Part shown: positions 38,441 to 50,900 of the stretch, one piece after another
Numbering within the stretch: position 1 is the stretch's first letter
How the letters are laid out: each line of letters opens with the position of its first letter
Assembly: GCA_052327205.1 (NCBI GenBank)
Contig: CM126234.1
Coordinates: forward strand, 31,248,001-31,312,000
DNA length: 64,000 nucleotides
Source: Somniosus microcephalus
Lineage: Eukaryota
Reading direction: 5' to 3'
Translations under genes and position numbers: made by a program
The notes under the pieces: model-generated
What the model was told of the DNA's origin: nothing
Databases searched by the model: none
Seen by the model: the letters and a program-made list of their open reading frames with translations, nothing else

Positions 38441-39284
38441 GGTAGTCTTGCCGAAAGATTGATTGGTAGTGAACGTCCTATAAGGGAAGAAAATCTTGAC
38501 ATCTGGTTGGCCCAGGACTCTGACTGCTGCCCTGGCTGAGTTCAGCCAGTTTGGCAAATATTAGAGCTCGAACCTCGGATGTTCCTCATCTACATTGCTC
38601 AGTACCATATAGCACAATACCTTTAGCCACTGGGCTATCAGGTAAGTCAGTTAGAACGTTTCTTATATAAAGCCAGCACTTCTTTTGCTGGTTGAGTCAA
38701 ACTTGAGATCAGTACCGAGTATAGGAACAAATGGTTGAACTCACCTTGAACTCAAGCCAATGAGCCTAAACAAGATGGCCTCCAGTTAATGTCCTCATGG
38801 GGGCTTTTTGCAAATAATTGATTTAGTATTTAGTTCTTCAGGCCACAAGCCCAGAATCCATTTGATTTAAATGCTGAACTTCCCTTTTTCTGAAGTACTT
38901 TTTAGTTTCAGACCATTGTTCTTGCAGCAGCTCTTGACAGAAATATATTTTTAGATCAGGAGAAATCATCATGAATTATTTGATGATTTTGGATGATGAA
39001 GTTAGAGAGCTCCCAGCTAACTGCTCCCCTAATGAATCCACTGGGTAAGTCAACAAATAGCTATTCCAGAAAGGTTCCAGGTTCAATCCCCAATCTGTGC
39101 GGAGTTAGATGATCTCAGTTAGAGCCACACTAGGAATGCTACAATTAGTCTCAGTACCCCTGGGCTAGGGAAAGATCTGCCAGAGCTCCCACTCCTGATC
39201 ACTGCCCAGTGACCCCTATTGGAAAGTGTGTGCGTGAACATTGAGTGAGGATAGGATTGGGCACAGCTGGGATGGCCCCCACAA

Positions 39285-39428
39285 TTGGACACTAAGGGAA
39301 TCGAGGGATATAAGGATCGGGTGGGAAGGTGGAGTTGAGGTCGCAGATCAGCCATGATCTCATTGAATGGCGGAGCGGGCTCGAGGGGCCGTATGGCCCA
39401 CTCCTGCTCCTAATTCTGATGTTCTTGA
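39285..39428 (+). mobile_element. CR1 3'UTR fragment inserted in a SINE-like repeat
   Basis: aagggaatcgagggata...gatcagccatgatctcattgaatggcggag. Confidence 0.8.
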
Positions 39429-39681
39429 TCTAATTGTCTGGTGACATTCACTCTCTATGCTCAGACATGAGGAATGGCCACTTGCACAAGGTATCAAAGG
39501 GTAATCAGTGCCTTTTGAATCATAGCCCAGTGAGAGTCAGCACCTTAGGAGAGGAAAGGGAGAATATTGGCAAAAAAAAGTAAAAATAATTGACTATTGC
39601 TCAAAAATTGTATTAAATTTGCAATTTTTCACTTATATAATTTATTAGAAATATTTACCTAATGGCAGATTGCAGGAGTAC

Positions 39682-40385
39682 ACATAGAATCTTAGAGCAG
39701 AGAAGGAGGCCATTCAGCCCATCGCACCCGTGGTGGTTCTTTGAAAGAGCTGTCCAATTAGTCCCACTCCACCGCTCTAGCCCCATAGCCCTGCAAAATG
39801 TTGCTTTTCAAGGATTTATCCAATTGCCTTTTGAAAGTTACTATTGAATCTGCTTCCACCCCCTCCTTTCAGGCAGTGCATTCCAGATCACAAGAAGTTG
39901 CGGCGTAAAGAAATTGTCCTCATCCCCTCTCTGGTTCTTTTGCCAATTACCTTAAATCGGTCTCCTCTGGTTACTGACCCTCCTACCACTGGGAACAGTT
40001 TCTTCTTATTTACTCTACCAAAACCCTTCATGATTTTGAACACCTCTATTAAATCTCCCCTTAACCTTCTCTGTTCGAAGGAGAACAACCCCAACTTCTC
40101 CAGTCTCTCCACATAACTGAAGTCCCTCATTCTTGGTATCATTCCAGTAAATCTCCTCCACACCCTCTCCAAGACCCTGACATCCTTCCTAAAGTGTGGT
40201 GCCCAGAATTGGACACAATACTCCAGCTGAGGCCTAACCAGGTTTAGTATAACTTCCTTGCTTTTGTACTCTAAGCCTATAAATAAAGTCAAGGCTCCCA
40301 TATGCTTTTTTAACAGCTTTATCAACTTGTCCTGCCACCCTCAAAGATTTGTGTCTGTGAACCCCCCAGGTCTCTCTGTACCATT
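39682..40385 (-). mobile_element. CR1 LINE 3' fragment
   Basis: LVRPQLEYCVQFWAPHFRKDV...RLRGDLIEVFKIM. Confidence 0.92.
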
Positions 40386-41629
40386 TAGCATGTACCACAT
40401 TACAAGCATTTGTGTTTTATTTCCACTTTTCCCCATCTCTCCTGAAGGTGCTGACTCTTGCTGAGGTACACTCCCATGAGCACTGGCTGCCTTCCAGCAC
40501 ATTGTCCAAGTAACCATTCTTTATACGTGAGCCAAGACAGTGAGTGTCAGTCGGCTATTCAACTGTGGAGGATATGAGCGATGAGCCAAATAGTGCCAGT
40601 TTTGTGCTGTGGCCCCACACATTTGTAACTGTGCCCAAGTTCATTTCAAATAGCCGCTTACAGCCAGCAGAGACAGAAAAGATTTTCATCTCATTAGTCT
40701 GGGCTAGTTTTGAACCCAGGGGCCAGAGGGAAATGGCAGTCGACTGACTCACTGATCACATAAGGGTATCTAATGAGACAGTAACATACTGAATTACTAT
40801 ACTGAGAAATATATTAATATGTTTATGGTTAAATTACATGCAGCTGTATTTGCAACAGGCCTACATAGCCACTATTGTCCAAATGGATTCGTCATTCTCC
40901 CGTCAAATTGCAGCAAGAACAGGCAGTGACAGATATGTTTAAATCCCCATAATGTCAGCACTATAGATGGGCAAACACAATGTGTGGAAATCTGGATTGT
41001 CATCATTAGGAATCAAATGTATTAAAGGGCTATTGTAGTCAGGAATGTTTGGATTCCAAGACAGAATTTCCTGACTGCATTATCTAAAAGGCGGTGGACT
41101 AGAAGATTGAATGGTTTAATGTTTGGGATATGTTGCCTACTGGCATTGCTATTGGTTAATGGGGGAATCGGCGCCAATCTGAGCCTCATGTATAACGGCA
41201 TTAATCCAACCTGGGTATGCTCGAAAGAGCAAAATCTTGCCTCATTGAGGGGAAACAATGGTCACGGCACCTGTCCCAATATTTACCTATAAACATGTAT
41301 TTCCTGTTTTATAGGGTGCCTGTCCAAATATAATTTGTATATATTATGGTTGCTACGCACACAGTTTTGCTCAGTTCTGACAAAGGAGGGCTGCTTTATG
41401 CATACTAAGACAAATGGAACTGTAGACCTTAATGTAAACCTGCATTTCACTGGGAGGTTGATAAGTTAATTTTGTTTCTTAATTCTTTCCCCACCCAATG
41501 CCTAACTGCTTCTCCTGAAGGCACCGACTATGGTGGATATGATTCCATGGTCACCACCCGCCCTCTAGTATCTTGCCCAAATGGCCATTCTTCACGTGTG
41601 CACCTCGACAGTGAATAAGGGTATATATT

Positions 41630-42030
41630 TACATCTTGGCTATCTAGCACATGATCTACTGCTGAAGCTGCTTCTAAGAAGCTTGGTTTCCCTTTGCACA
41701 GTAAACATTTATTTTCCAGCTACACACTTTGTTTCCCCTCAACAACTCTTAACTGTTTTTAAAGCCCAAGTTCATCAAAGATTTGAATGCTGCTCTTATA
41801 TTCAGAGATGCTGGTTTAACACCTCTCACTCCTGGACAGGATACCAGAAAAAGTTGTGTGTCTGATAGGTGACCCCTCTCTCTCATCTCTACCCTCCAAC
41901 CTCTCTTCATTGCAACCGTTTTTGTATCTCTCCATTTTACCAATACCTACTATAGTCTGTGCTCTTTGACTTTTTCTCTCTTGTTTTCTAAGCTCCAGAT
42001 GCAACTTCCTACACCCCCTTCCTCCTCTTC
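41630..42030 (+). mobile_element. Ancient CR1-group (L2/Crack-like) LINE remnant
   Basis: AASKKLGF, SPQQLLTVFKAQV..RFECCS and IGDPSL segments; similar remnant at ~43640-43900 (SYSNSFFPMNSVLWNPLP). Confidence 0.55.
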
Positions 42031-43007
42031 CTTACATCCTCATTGTGTTGAAATAAGGGGACTGATTTTACAACCCTTGCCCATATATCAATGCTCTGTG
42101 ACAAAGATTAGGTATTTTCATCTAGGTTTTAGTTTGGTAGTCATAATAATCTTTAACCCCAGTCATAATACACAAGGAATTTAACAGCCAGCTAAACCGT
42201 ACACCAAACCTACCATGATACAATGTCACAAGTTTTGTTGACCACAGACTAGAGAGGAATAGTTCAAACTTAAACAGTGCTATGCAATTGGTTCATCTCC
42301 TTTTTGAATTTGGAGGATCAGATACTCCTCAGAATTTAAAATCTAGGCAATCTCAGTAACTTTTCCAGGATATGAAAGGCCGATTCTGTTTGAATGAAGG
42401 GACAGTTTGGAAATCTCAAAGCAACTAGTCAGCACTGGTCAGTTTGATATTCCTGAAAGGAAAAAGAAGCACTATGTATTTAAGAGTTATTTACAAAAAA
42501 GTTAGCTTTATTCTTAGAGTTGCAATTTTTAAAAATTATTTTGTCCATTTGAGGAGATAGGTGGAAGCTACTGTTAATATAAAACTATATCATCTGACTT
42601 TATGAGCTTGTTCATCTTTTGTAATTTAAATGTTCTTGATTTTTCAATCTTAAATGAGGACTGATGGGATGCTCTATTGTTTTTGAAGACTGGAATGAGA
42701 TCTTATGAAGGTATAAATCCAGTTACCAGATAGGGTTTGCTATTCATTTCCTCGGTGTCTTACCAAAACCGTATCTCGGTCTGAAGCCAATAATAGACAC
42801 TTGCAAGTATAGCGAGTTGACACTCACCCATGAGAATGATCTAAACTACAAGAGCCAAAATAACCCAGCATTAGGTTAGAAAAGACCCAAAATTGTAACA
42901 CGTGCATCATAGGCAAGTATGCCCAGAACTTCACGATATGCGCAACCATTGGACACAGCCCATTAATAAAATAGGCCCAAGACTCCCCAATCTGCTATTC
43001 TAATTAT

Positions 43008-43300
43008 TGATAAACTGTTTCCAGTGGCAGGAGTGTCAGTAACTAGAGGACATAGATTTAAGATAATTGACAAAAGAACCAGAAGGGAGATGAGGAGAAT
43101 TTTTTTTCCAGTGAGTTATGATCTGGAATGCACTGCCTGAAAGGGCAGTGGAAACAGATTCAATAACTTTCAAAAGAGAAATAGATAAATACTCAGAGCA
43201 ATGGGGAAAGAGCAGGGGAGTGGGACTAATTGGATAGTTCTTTCAAAGAACCAGCACAGGATCCATGGGCCGAATGGCCTCATTCTGTCCTGTAAGTTTC
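43008..43300 (+). mobile_element. CR1 LINE 3' end
   Basis: TRGHRFKII / WNALP-like segments and gggccgaatggcc tail. Confidence 0.8.
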
Positions 43301-45374
43301 TAAAAAAGTATATAGAAAATAATTAAACTGATCCATTTCAAAGTGATGCTTTCTGACGCAACCAAACAAAAACAGTCCTGCAGAGTCCATAAAATGGGTC
43401 AGTCTGACCTTCTATTGTTCCAACTCTTCATTTGCTAAATTCTACAATTGGCTTTAGCTTACCGGTGGCCTCTGAATGCTGGTGATTCAGCATTCATTAA
43501 TTGATCAAACTTCTCAATCATTTCTACGAGAAGTGAAGCCTTCACGTCATCTCTTGCTTTGAACCAACAAAATAAGTAGTAAAGAATGCAGCACAATGTC
43601 ATTATTGACCACAAGCACTGTCACATCAGGTTCTGTGCATGCTTAATGATATGGTTACATTGTGCGGATATCGTTTGGATGATACTGCTAATCTTCTCTA
43701 TTTTATTGATCCTACTATTGTCAGTACTTCTCAGAATTTTGCTTTTGCTACTCTTAAGCTCCAAATACAAATTCCTTCTTGCAACTTCACGGTGCTTAAA
43801 TCCAAGGTTCACTGTAGCATCTCCTACTCGAACTCATTCTTTCCCATGAACTCAGTATTGTGGAATCCCTTACCGCCCTTCTTTTTACGATCCATAGCCT
43901 TTTAAAACTCAAGCAAGATATTTCCTTTGCTCTCCTACACTTTCAATTTTGATGGTATCTTGCACTATGGGCCTTGCATAACTTCACTAAACCATTGGGA
44001 AATCTATCTTATACTGATACTACAAGTCTGAGGCTTGGGGTGGGGGCTGGCAGTGTTCAAATCAAAATTCTACTCTGGTCTATAAAACAAAGTTTTCTCA
44101 CAGGCGTTCTCCATCAAGCTCTTTAGGAGTCATACAAGAAGCATATTAAAGGCGGCAATATTTCATGTGATCTCTCAACTGGAGAGGGATGCCTGAACAA
44201 AGTCTGTGGTACATCACAGTGAGGGCCACTGACTGTATTTGGAAGCAGAAATAATTTTCACTCAAGATTTATTGCACACTGGGGAAGGCTACTGCCAGAG
44301 CATAAACAATTAATCTCAGACTAGAAAGTTTTTATAGGCTTCTCAGAGAGTAAAGCAGTTCTTCATTCAATTTTAAACACTGCCACGGAAACTGGGTTTC
44401 AAAGTGTGATGAATATGGAATCATTCCATATATCTTGGATGCTGTCACTGTTAACCCGTGCGTTGGGTGTTTGATTGCTTAATCAGCTGACTGATGCAAG
44501 CATGTAAAAATGATTTTATTTTGAATAATTACCATTTTTTTAAAAAAAAGTCCTGCACCAACATAATAGTTGTGACACCCCTTTCCCTTGTCGTATGATT
44601 GAATATAAATCCTGGAAGACCATACCTACCTTGAAACTAAATTTAGAATAGATTCCTTTAACTCATACTTAATGTCATCCTTCAGTTTAATGAGCCCCCA
44701 AACTAGATTGCAACTGAAATTGCCCGTGCAGGCATAATAAGTAATCAGAAACGAGGCTTATGCAAAATAAAAACACATCCGTGTTGAATAGAAATGGTGG
44801 CTGCCTGACACTAGCTGTTTATTACAGACACAGCAGGTATCGGTTCTGCGGGACTGCCTGCTTTGTTCAAGCACAATGTCCTTGCAGTTTGCAAAGTCCA
44901 CATATTTTCAGTCACAAAATACATTTCTCCCGTTGAGCCTCTGAATGTTTCTCTCTTCCAATTTTCACCCCATCTCCTGAAGATGCTGATTCTTTCTGGG
45001 GTATGGGTCCACAGGTGCCACTAGCTCTCCAATCCTTCACCCAAGTGGCTATTCTTCATGCGCGAACATAAAAACATTGAGGGGATGACTTTCCGCAGGG
45101 GTTCTCCGGCTCATCCATCGCACTTCAGCGGAAGAGCTGAAGAAACCTGCGGAAAAATGGCGCAGGTTTTCCACGGCTCTTCTGCCAAAGGTACGACAGC
45201 TGAGTGGAAGAACCCCCCACCACCACAGAAATAACATTCCGAGGAGCAGGAGAATCTTATCATGGAGGATATTCAGAGCCAAGCCTGATCATTTGTGCAC
45301 TCTTTTGTTTGGCTGTCACTTGATTTTAAATGTTAAATGATTACTGTTGAATGAGAACTTCATATCTGTTTTCA

Positions 45375-46878
45375 GAGGAAGAGGACGACAAAATACCAGC
45401 GGTATAAGGGAACCTAAAAATATCGTCAATGGGAGGAATTTACTGGATTTAATACAAGTTTTTAAAAATGGTAATGGAGAAAATAATGGGACTCAAGACA
45501 GACAAATCTCCAGGAGCTAAATGATTTCCACTCTAGGCGATTAAAAGAAACAGGTGGGAAAATTACACATGCACCAAAGCTCTCTAGATTCAAGAGCTGT
45601 GCCATTGGATTGGAAGATTGCAAATGTCAGTCCATTATTTAAGAAGGGATTTTTTTTTGGGTGGGGACAGAGGAAGGAGAGAGAGAAACCAGATAACTAT
45701 AGACCTTTCAGTTTATCAATTGTGGGGCAGTTACTGGAATCTATCATCAGAGACAGTCACTGAGCACTTGGACAGACATCAGTTGATCAAAGAGTGTCAG
45801 CATGGATTTGTGATGGGTATGTCATGGCTGACTAATCTAGTTGAATTTTTTGAAGTCACGCACAAGATGGACAGGGGAGTGTCTATGGTTGTTGTTTACA
45901 TGGACTTCCAGAAGGCATTTGATAAGGTTCTGCACAAGAGATTGTCAAAAATGAGAGCACGTGGAATTGAAGGTAACCTTGTGATATGGGTTGGTAATTA
46001 ATTGGAGGAAGGAGGCAGAGAGTAAGGATAAAGATTTCATTCTCTGATTGGCAGGATGTGACAAGTGGTATTCTCCAGGGATCTGTACAGCTATTCACCA
46101 TATAGATTAAATATTTGGATGAAGGAAGACAGAGTTGTATATCCAAATTTGCAGATAACACTAAGTTAGAAGGCACAGTAACTTGTGTGGATGGGCAGAG
46201 GAAGTTACAAAGGAACATAAACACACTAAGTGAGTGGGCAAAACTATGGCAGATGGAGTTCAATAGGGGGAACTACGAGGTTATCCACTTTGGATCTGAG
46301 AAAACCAACTTAGAATATTTTCTTAATGGTGAAAGACTAGGAGCTGTGGAGGGACAAAGATATTTGGGTGTCTATGTACCCCCATCACTAAAAGCTAGAG
46401 CAGATGCAAAAAGTAATCAAAAAGGCTAATGGAATGTTGGCCTTTACCCTCAAAGGGATTGGAATTCAAAAAAGTGAGGAAGTGATACTTCAGTTGTACA
46501 GAATCTTGGTCAGATCCCTTCTGGAGCACTGCACCTAAGGAAGGATATACTGGCCTTTGAAGGGGTACATCACAGATTCACCACAATGATACCAGGACTT
46601 AAAGGGTTAAATCATGAGGAGTGGTTGCATAAACTTGGCTTGTATTCCTTTAGCTTGGAAAGTTGAATGGCGATCTAATCAAGGTATTTAAAATGATTAA
46701 GGGATTCCATAGGGTAGAAACAGAGAAACGGAGATCGATAGATTTTTGTTAGGTAAGGGCATCAAGGGATTTAGAGCTGAGGCGGGTAAATGGAGTTGAC
46801 TTACAGAGCCGCCATGATCTAATTGAATGGCAGAACAGGCTCGAGAGGCCGAATGCTCGATTCCTGTTCCCATGTTAC
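45375..46878 (+). mobile_element. Older CR1 LINE fragment (RT domain)
   Basis: DWKIANVSPLFKKG, NYRP, QHGFV, YMDFQKAFDKV, SKFADNTKL, with frameshifts. Confidence 0.9.
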
Positions 46879-47968
46879 ACGTGTTCCTCCCTTCCCACTG
46901 TGCCAGCCCGGAATAACCTCGTGGCACAGAAATTAAGGGCAGTGGTGACCTTAAGCACTGGCTGATGTTAAAAGGGCCAACGTGGAACAGTATGGGAAGT
47001 GGAGAAGCAACACTGCAGGCATTCCCTGAAGTTTGGAGAATAGTTGTCTACACTGCTGCCCCAGCTGAAATCAGTTAACTCAGCAAAAGGCAGGGGTCAA
47101 ATCAGGGACCTTAGTGGTCTGTGTGGCTCAATGCTTTGGCAAGTGCATTTACCAAGTGAGTCATTCGGAGAACTCTGCATTTCTAATACAATAGTTTTTA
47201 AAAGAACATGGCTGATCTAAAACAAAATCCAGTGCTAGGGTCACATCAAGGGAGGAAAACTAAGAATCAATAGTAAAGAATCAACAAATAACTGGTTATT
47301 TAATTTACAGACTGGTTAGTTTCCCATGGCATTGCTCATGGACAAAACCTTTTTTTTGTTCCGGCCTCTCTGGACCTACTCATAAATTGAGTGCCTGGTT
47401 TCCAAGGGCCCTGGGCTTGACCTATAACTTAATTACAAATGTCAGGCCTCCAATTTAATTATCATTTCAGTTAGAAAGGCGAGTTTTTAAATATTTGTTA
47501 CTTGAGCTTGCGTGGTTAAATTTTGTTCCAACTTTTTAAAATGGCAAGCTGCTTCAACTAAACTTTTGAATTGTTGCGGAAGTGTCATTGTTGCCTTTTG
47601 TGTTTGCTGTGGAATGCGACTTCCAATCTGATTGATCCTGGTTAACCACATGGCGAGCAGGAACCCATCAGAAAAATCACGCAAAACTTGGCTATATAAA
47701 TAGATGCTATTAGATACAAAATGATTACACAAAGACCGATAATTAGCAGGCTTGAAACAAGTGTTCCACTGGCCTTCTCAGCTGAAGGCCGTCAGAGGCG
47801 ATGGAATGCATTTTGGTTAATACTGAAGAACTTTTCAATGTTCATTGCAGATACAGAAGCAAAGTCCAGGAGGCAAACTGGAAGGCAGTCACTGGTTCCA
47901 GATCTGATGATTCAAGTCGACAACTTGCTAAAAAGACATTTGAAAAAGGAACCCACTCATTGCTGACA

Positions 47969-47988
47969 TTAAAAATCTCTTTCCATAT
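47969..47988 (-). CDS. PRIM1: PRIM1 last coding exon (DMERDF*)
   Basis: tttttccag|AT ATG GAA AGA GAT TTT TAA; matches the human DLQKDF* terminus (recalled). Confidence 0.85.
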
Positions 47989-50900
47989 CTGGAAAAAAAT
48001 ACAAATATATAATCGATGAATCAAACAGGCCCTTTAAATACAAATAGCAAATACAGTATCTGGCTAAAACAGTATTTTTTCTAATTTATAGCTGTACTTT
48101 CTTAAAATTCTTTATACTGACCTCATATGCACTATTCCCCACCCAAACGGGAGGTTAGCAACTTGCTCACTGAGTACTCTCAACATCATTCGAACCAGCC
48201 ACCAAGAGATACACAGGAGTATTCTGAAAGTCTCGTTCTCCCAATGTGCCCTCTTCTTGAATAACAGAAAATGCTGGAAAAACTCAGCAGGCCAGGCAAC
48301 ATCCGTGGAGAGAAAATAGGGTCAACGTTTCGGGTGAAAACCCTTTGTCAAGACTGAAGAAGCACAGGAAATGAAATAGATTAAAAGGCCAGTGGGGGCT
48401 GGGAGAGAACAAAAAAAGAGAAGAGAAGTGAAGAGACATTAAGAGGTATTCAAAACCAGACGAGATGGTGATCGGACTAGTGGAGACAAAAGACAGCTCA
48501 GATTAGGTGTGAAATACGCTGGCAGAATGGGAGACAGCTGCCATGTGGGAGAGAAAAAAAAGGGGGGGGGGGGGGGGGGGAGAGAGAGAGGAGGCCAAAA
48601 CAAAGGTGTGGATAAAAAACATAAGTAAAAATGTAATAGGGGCCGAGGTTATGATCTGAAATTGTTGAACTCGATATTGAGTCCGGAAGGCTGTAAAGTG
48701 CCTAATCGGAAGATGAGGTGCCATTCTTCGAGCTTACGCCCTCTTCTTGAACTGCCCTGCCTCCCCTGTCATGGCTACTTTAAGGCAAGTGACTTCTTGC
48801 TCAGACAGTAGCATTTTTCACTGCCTCCAGGACTTACATAAAGTTGCAGTACTCGAGCAGTGAATCGCACAACGTGTGCTAACTGTAGAAACTTGTGGGA
48901 TGTGTCTTGGGTTGTCAGACCACAGCAAACCACTTGCCCCAGTCATGCTCAGTATCCTGATAGTGTTGCATTTGTTGGGGTCCCATTCTTTGGACAAGAT
49001 GTTAGAGGTTCCCCCCCCCCCACCCCACTCTTCTGCCTGCTCAAGTATTGCCACCCGACTTTTAAAGCCAACCTGAACAGCAAGGTTTTTATTTTCCAGG
49101 TGTCTTGGCCAACACTGCTCCCTCAACCAACACCATCTAAACAGATTGACTGGTCATCCATCTCTGTTGTCGATGGTCGGACACTGCAGGTACAGAATGA
49201 CTGCTGCGTCTGCCTACATAATAGCCACTTCACTCCAAAAGCAATTAATTGTGTGGAGCGCTCTCAGATGTTGATCCTATGTTATATAAATGCGAGCATT
49301 TCATTTCTTTTTCATAATTCAGGAGGAAGAGGCATAAACCTCTAGCCAAAAGCAAGATACTGCAGATGCTGGAAATCTGAAATAAAAAACAAAAAATGCT
49401 GGAAATACTCAGCAGGCCAGGCAGCATCTGTGGAGAGAGAAACAGAGTTAACGGTTCAGGTCGATGACCTTTCGTCAGAACTGGAGAAAGTTAGAAATGT
49501 AACAGGTTTTAAGCAAGTGTAGGGGCTGGGTGGGGAGGGAAGGTCTGTGATAGGGTGGAAGACAGGAGAGATTATATGACAAAAGGAAATGGTAAAGGGA
49601 CAAGTAAAGAAACAAAAGATGGACCTAGGGGAGGTGTAAATGGGAATAACAGAATCAACAACAGCTGCCATCTGAAGAAATGGGAGCCGAGGTTATAGTC
49701 TGAAATTGTTGAACTCAATGTTGAGTCCAGAAGGCTGTAAAGTGCCTAATCGAAAGATGAGGTGCTGTTCCTCGAGCTTACGCTGAGCTTCATTGGAACA
49801 GTGTAAGAGGCCGAGGACAGAGAGGTCAGAGTGGGAGTGGAGTGACTGGTCATCGACCTGAAATGTCAACTCGGTTTCTCTCTCTCTCTCCAGTTGCTGC
49901 CTGACCTGCTGAGCATTTGCAGCATTTTCTGTTATTATAAACCTCTAGCCCTTTACTTTACGAGCAATATTCTCCCAAACCACAAGAATTAAAAATTTTT
50001 TAAAAACGGAGCTCAAGCAACTCTTTACACTTGAGAAAAGCTTCTCGACTTAAAGCAAACTCACTCCTTATGGTTTAATTCTGTAACTTGAAACATTCCA
50101 AATTTTCTCACACACTAAACAAGAGATTCCCAGTAAAAGCAATGGCTCTTTCCAGGAAAAACTTAGTAGGCCTGCACTAGCTTTCCTCAGAGCTCCGTAT
50201 TTTGGCATGTTCATGCCGTAACATTTTTCCGGAATATCCCGAATGATACTCACCACTCTGTTGCAGCAGCTGGCCCTTTCGTGACTGCTCCATCTTGTCT
50301 ATAAATTGTTCAAAAATCTTGATGGGCCCCAGGAGACTGGTTTTCTTATAATCTGAGTGCAGAGAAATTAAAAAGGAATTCATTTCACCCATGTGCACTA
50401 CACTTCCTCGCAAAGGAATTCTGTTTGGTATTCAGTTTGTTAGTTCCCATCATTGGAAAAAAAAATCTATCGTGTCCCCATTTAATTATTCTTCCCAATT
50501 AAAATGAGCCTTTGCTCCTGGACTAGGAATGGAAACAAAACCAAAAACCCTCCACAAAGTACTGCTCTGATCACTATCCATCGACATCTGCAGGCCACTT
50601 TGATGGCATACTAGAGCATGACCAGCACCCCTGGAGCCAGAGCCCACCAGAAGTCAAGAACTTCAGGGGAGGAAGATGACAAAAATGGGTGATGACTGGT
50701 TTTAGGAGAAGTGATCTGATGATTTATTGGATTTCTCCCCCACAGGAAAATTCACAATCTCGCGTATATATTTACCTCTGGTGCGACGCTTCACCTCCGG
50801 TTCCTCACCGTTCTCAGTGCTTCTATCCTGCTGCTCTTCATCAACTTTCCTATCAAGTTCCTTGCAAAGAGAACTGAAAGACAACACAGCATCAGGGATT

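Noticed and set aside
41107-41292. Short ORF with a signal-peptide-like N-terminus (MNGLMFGICCLLALLLV...)
   Set aside because: No recognisable domain, splice structure or promoter; lies among decayed repeats
45078-45220. Short imperfect inverted repeats (also ~10975-11090)
   Set aside because: Probably decayed MITE fragments; termini and TSDs could not be defined
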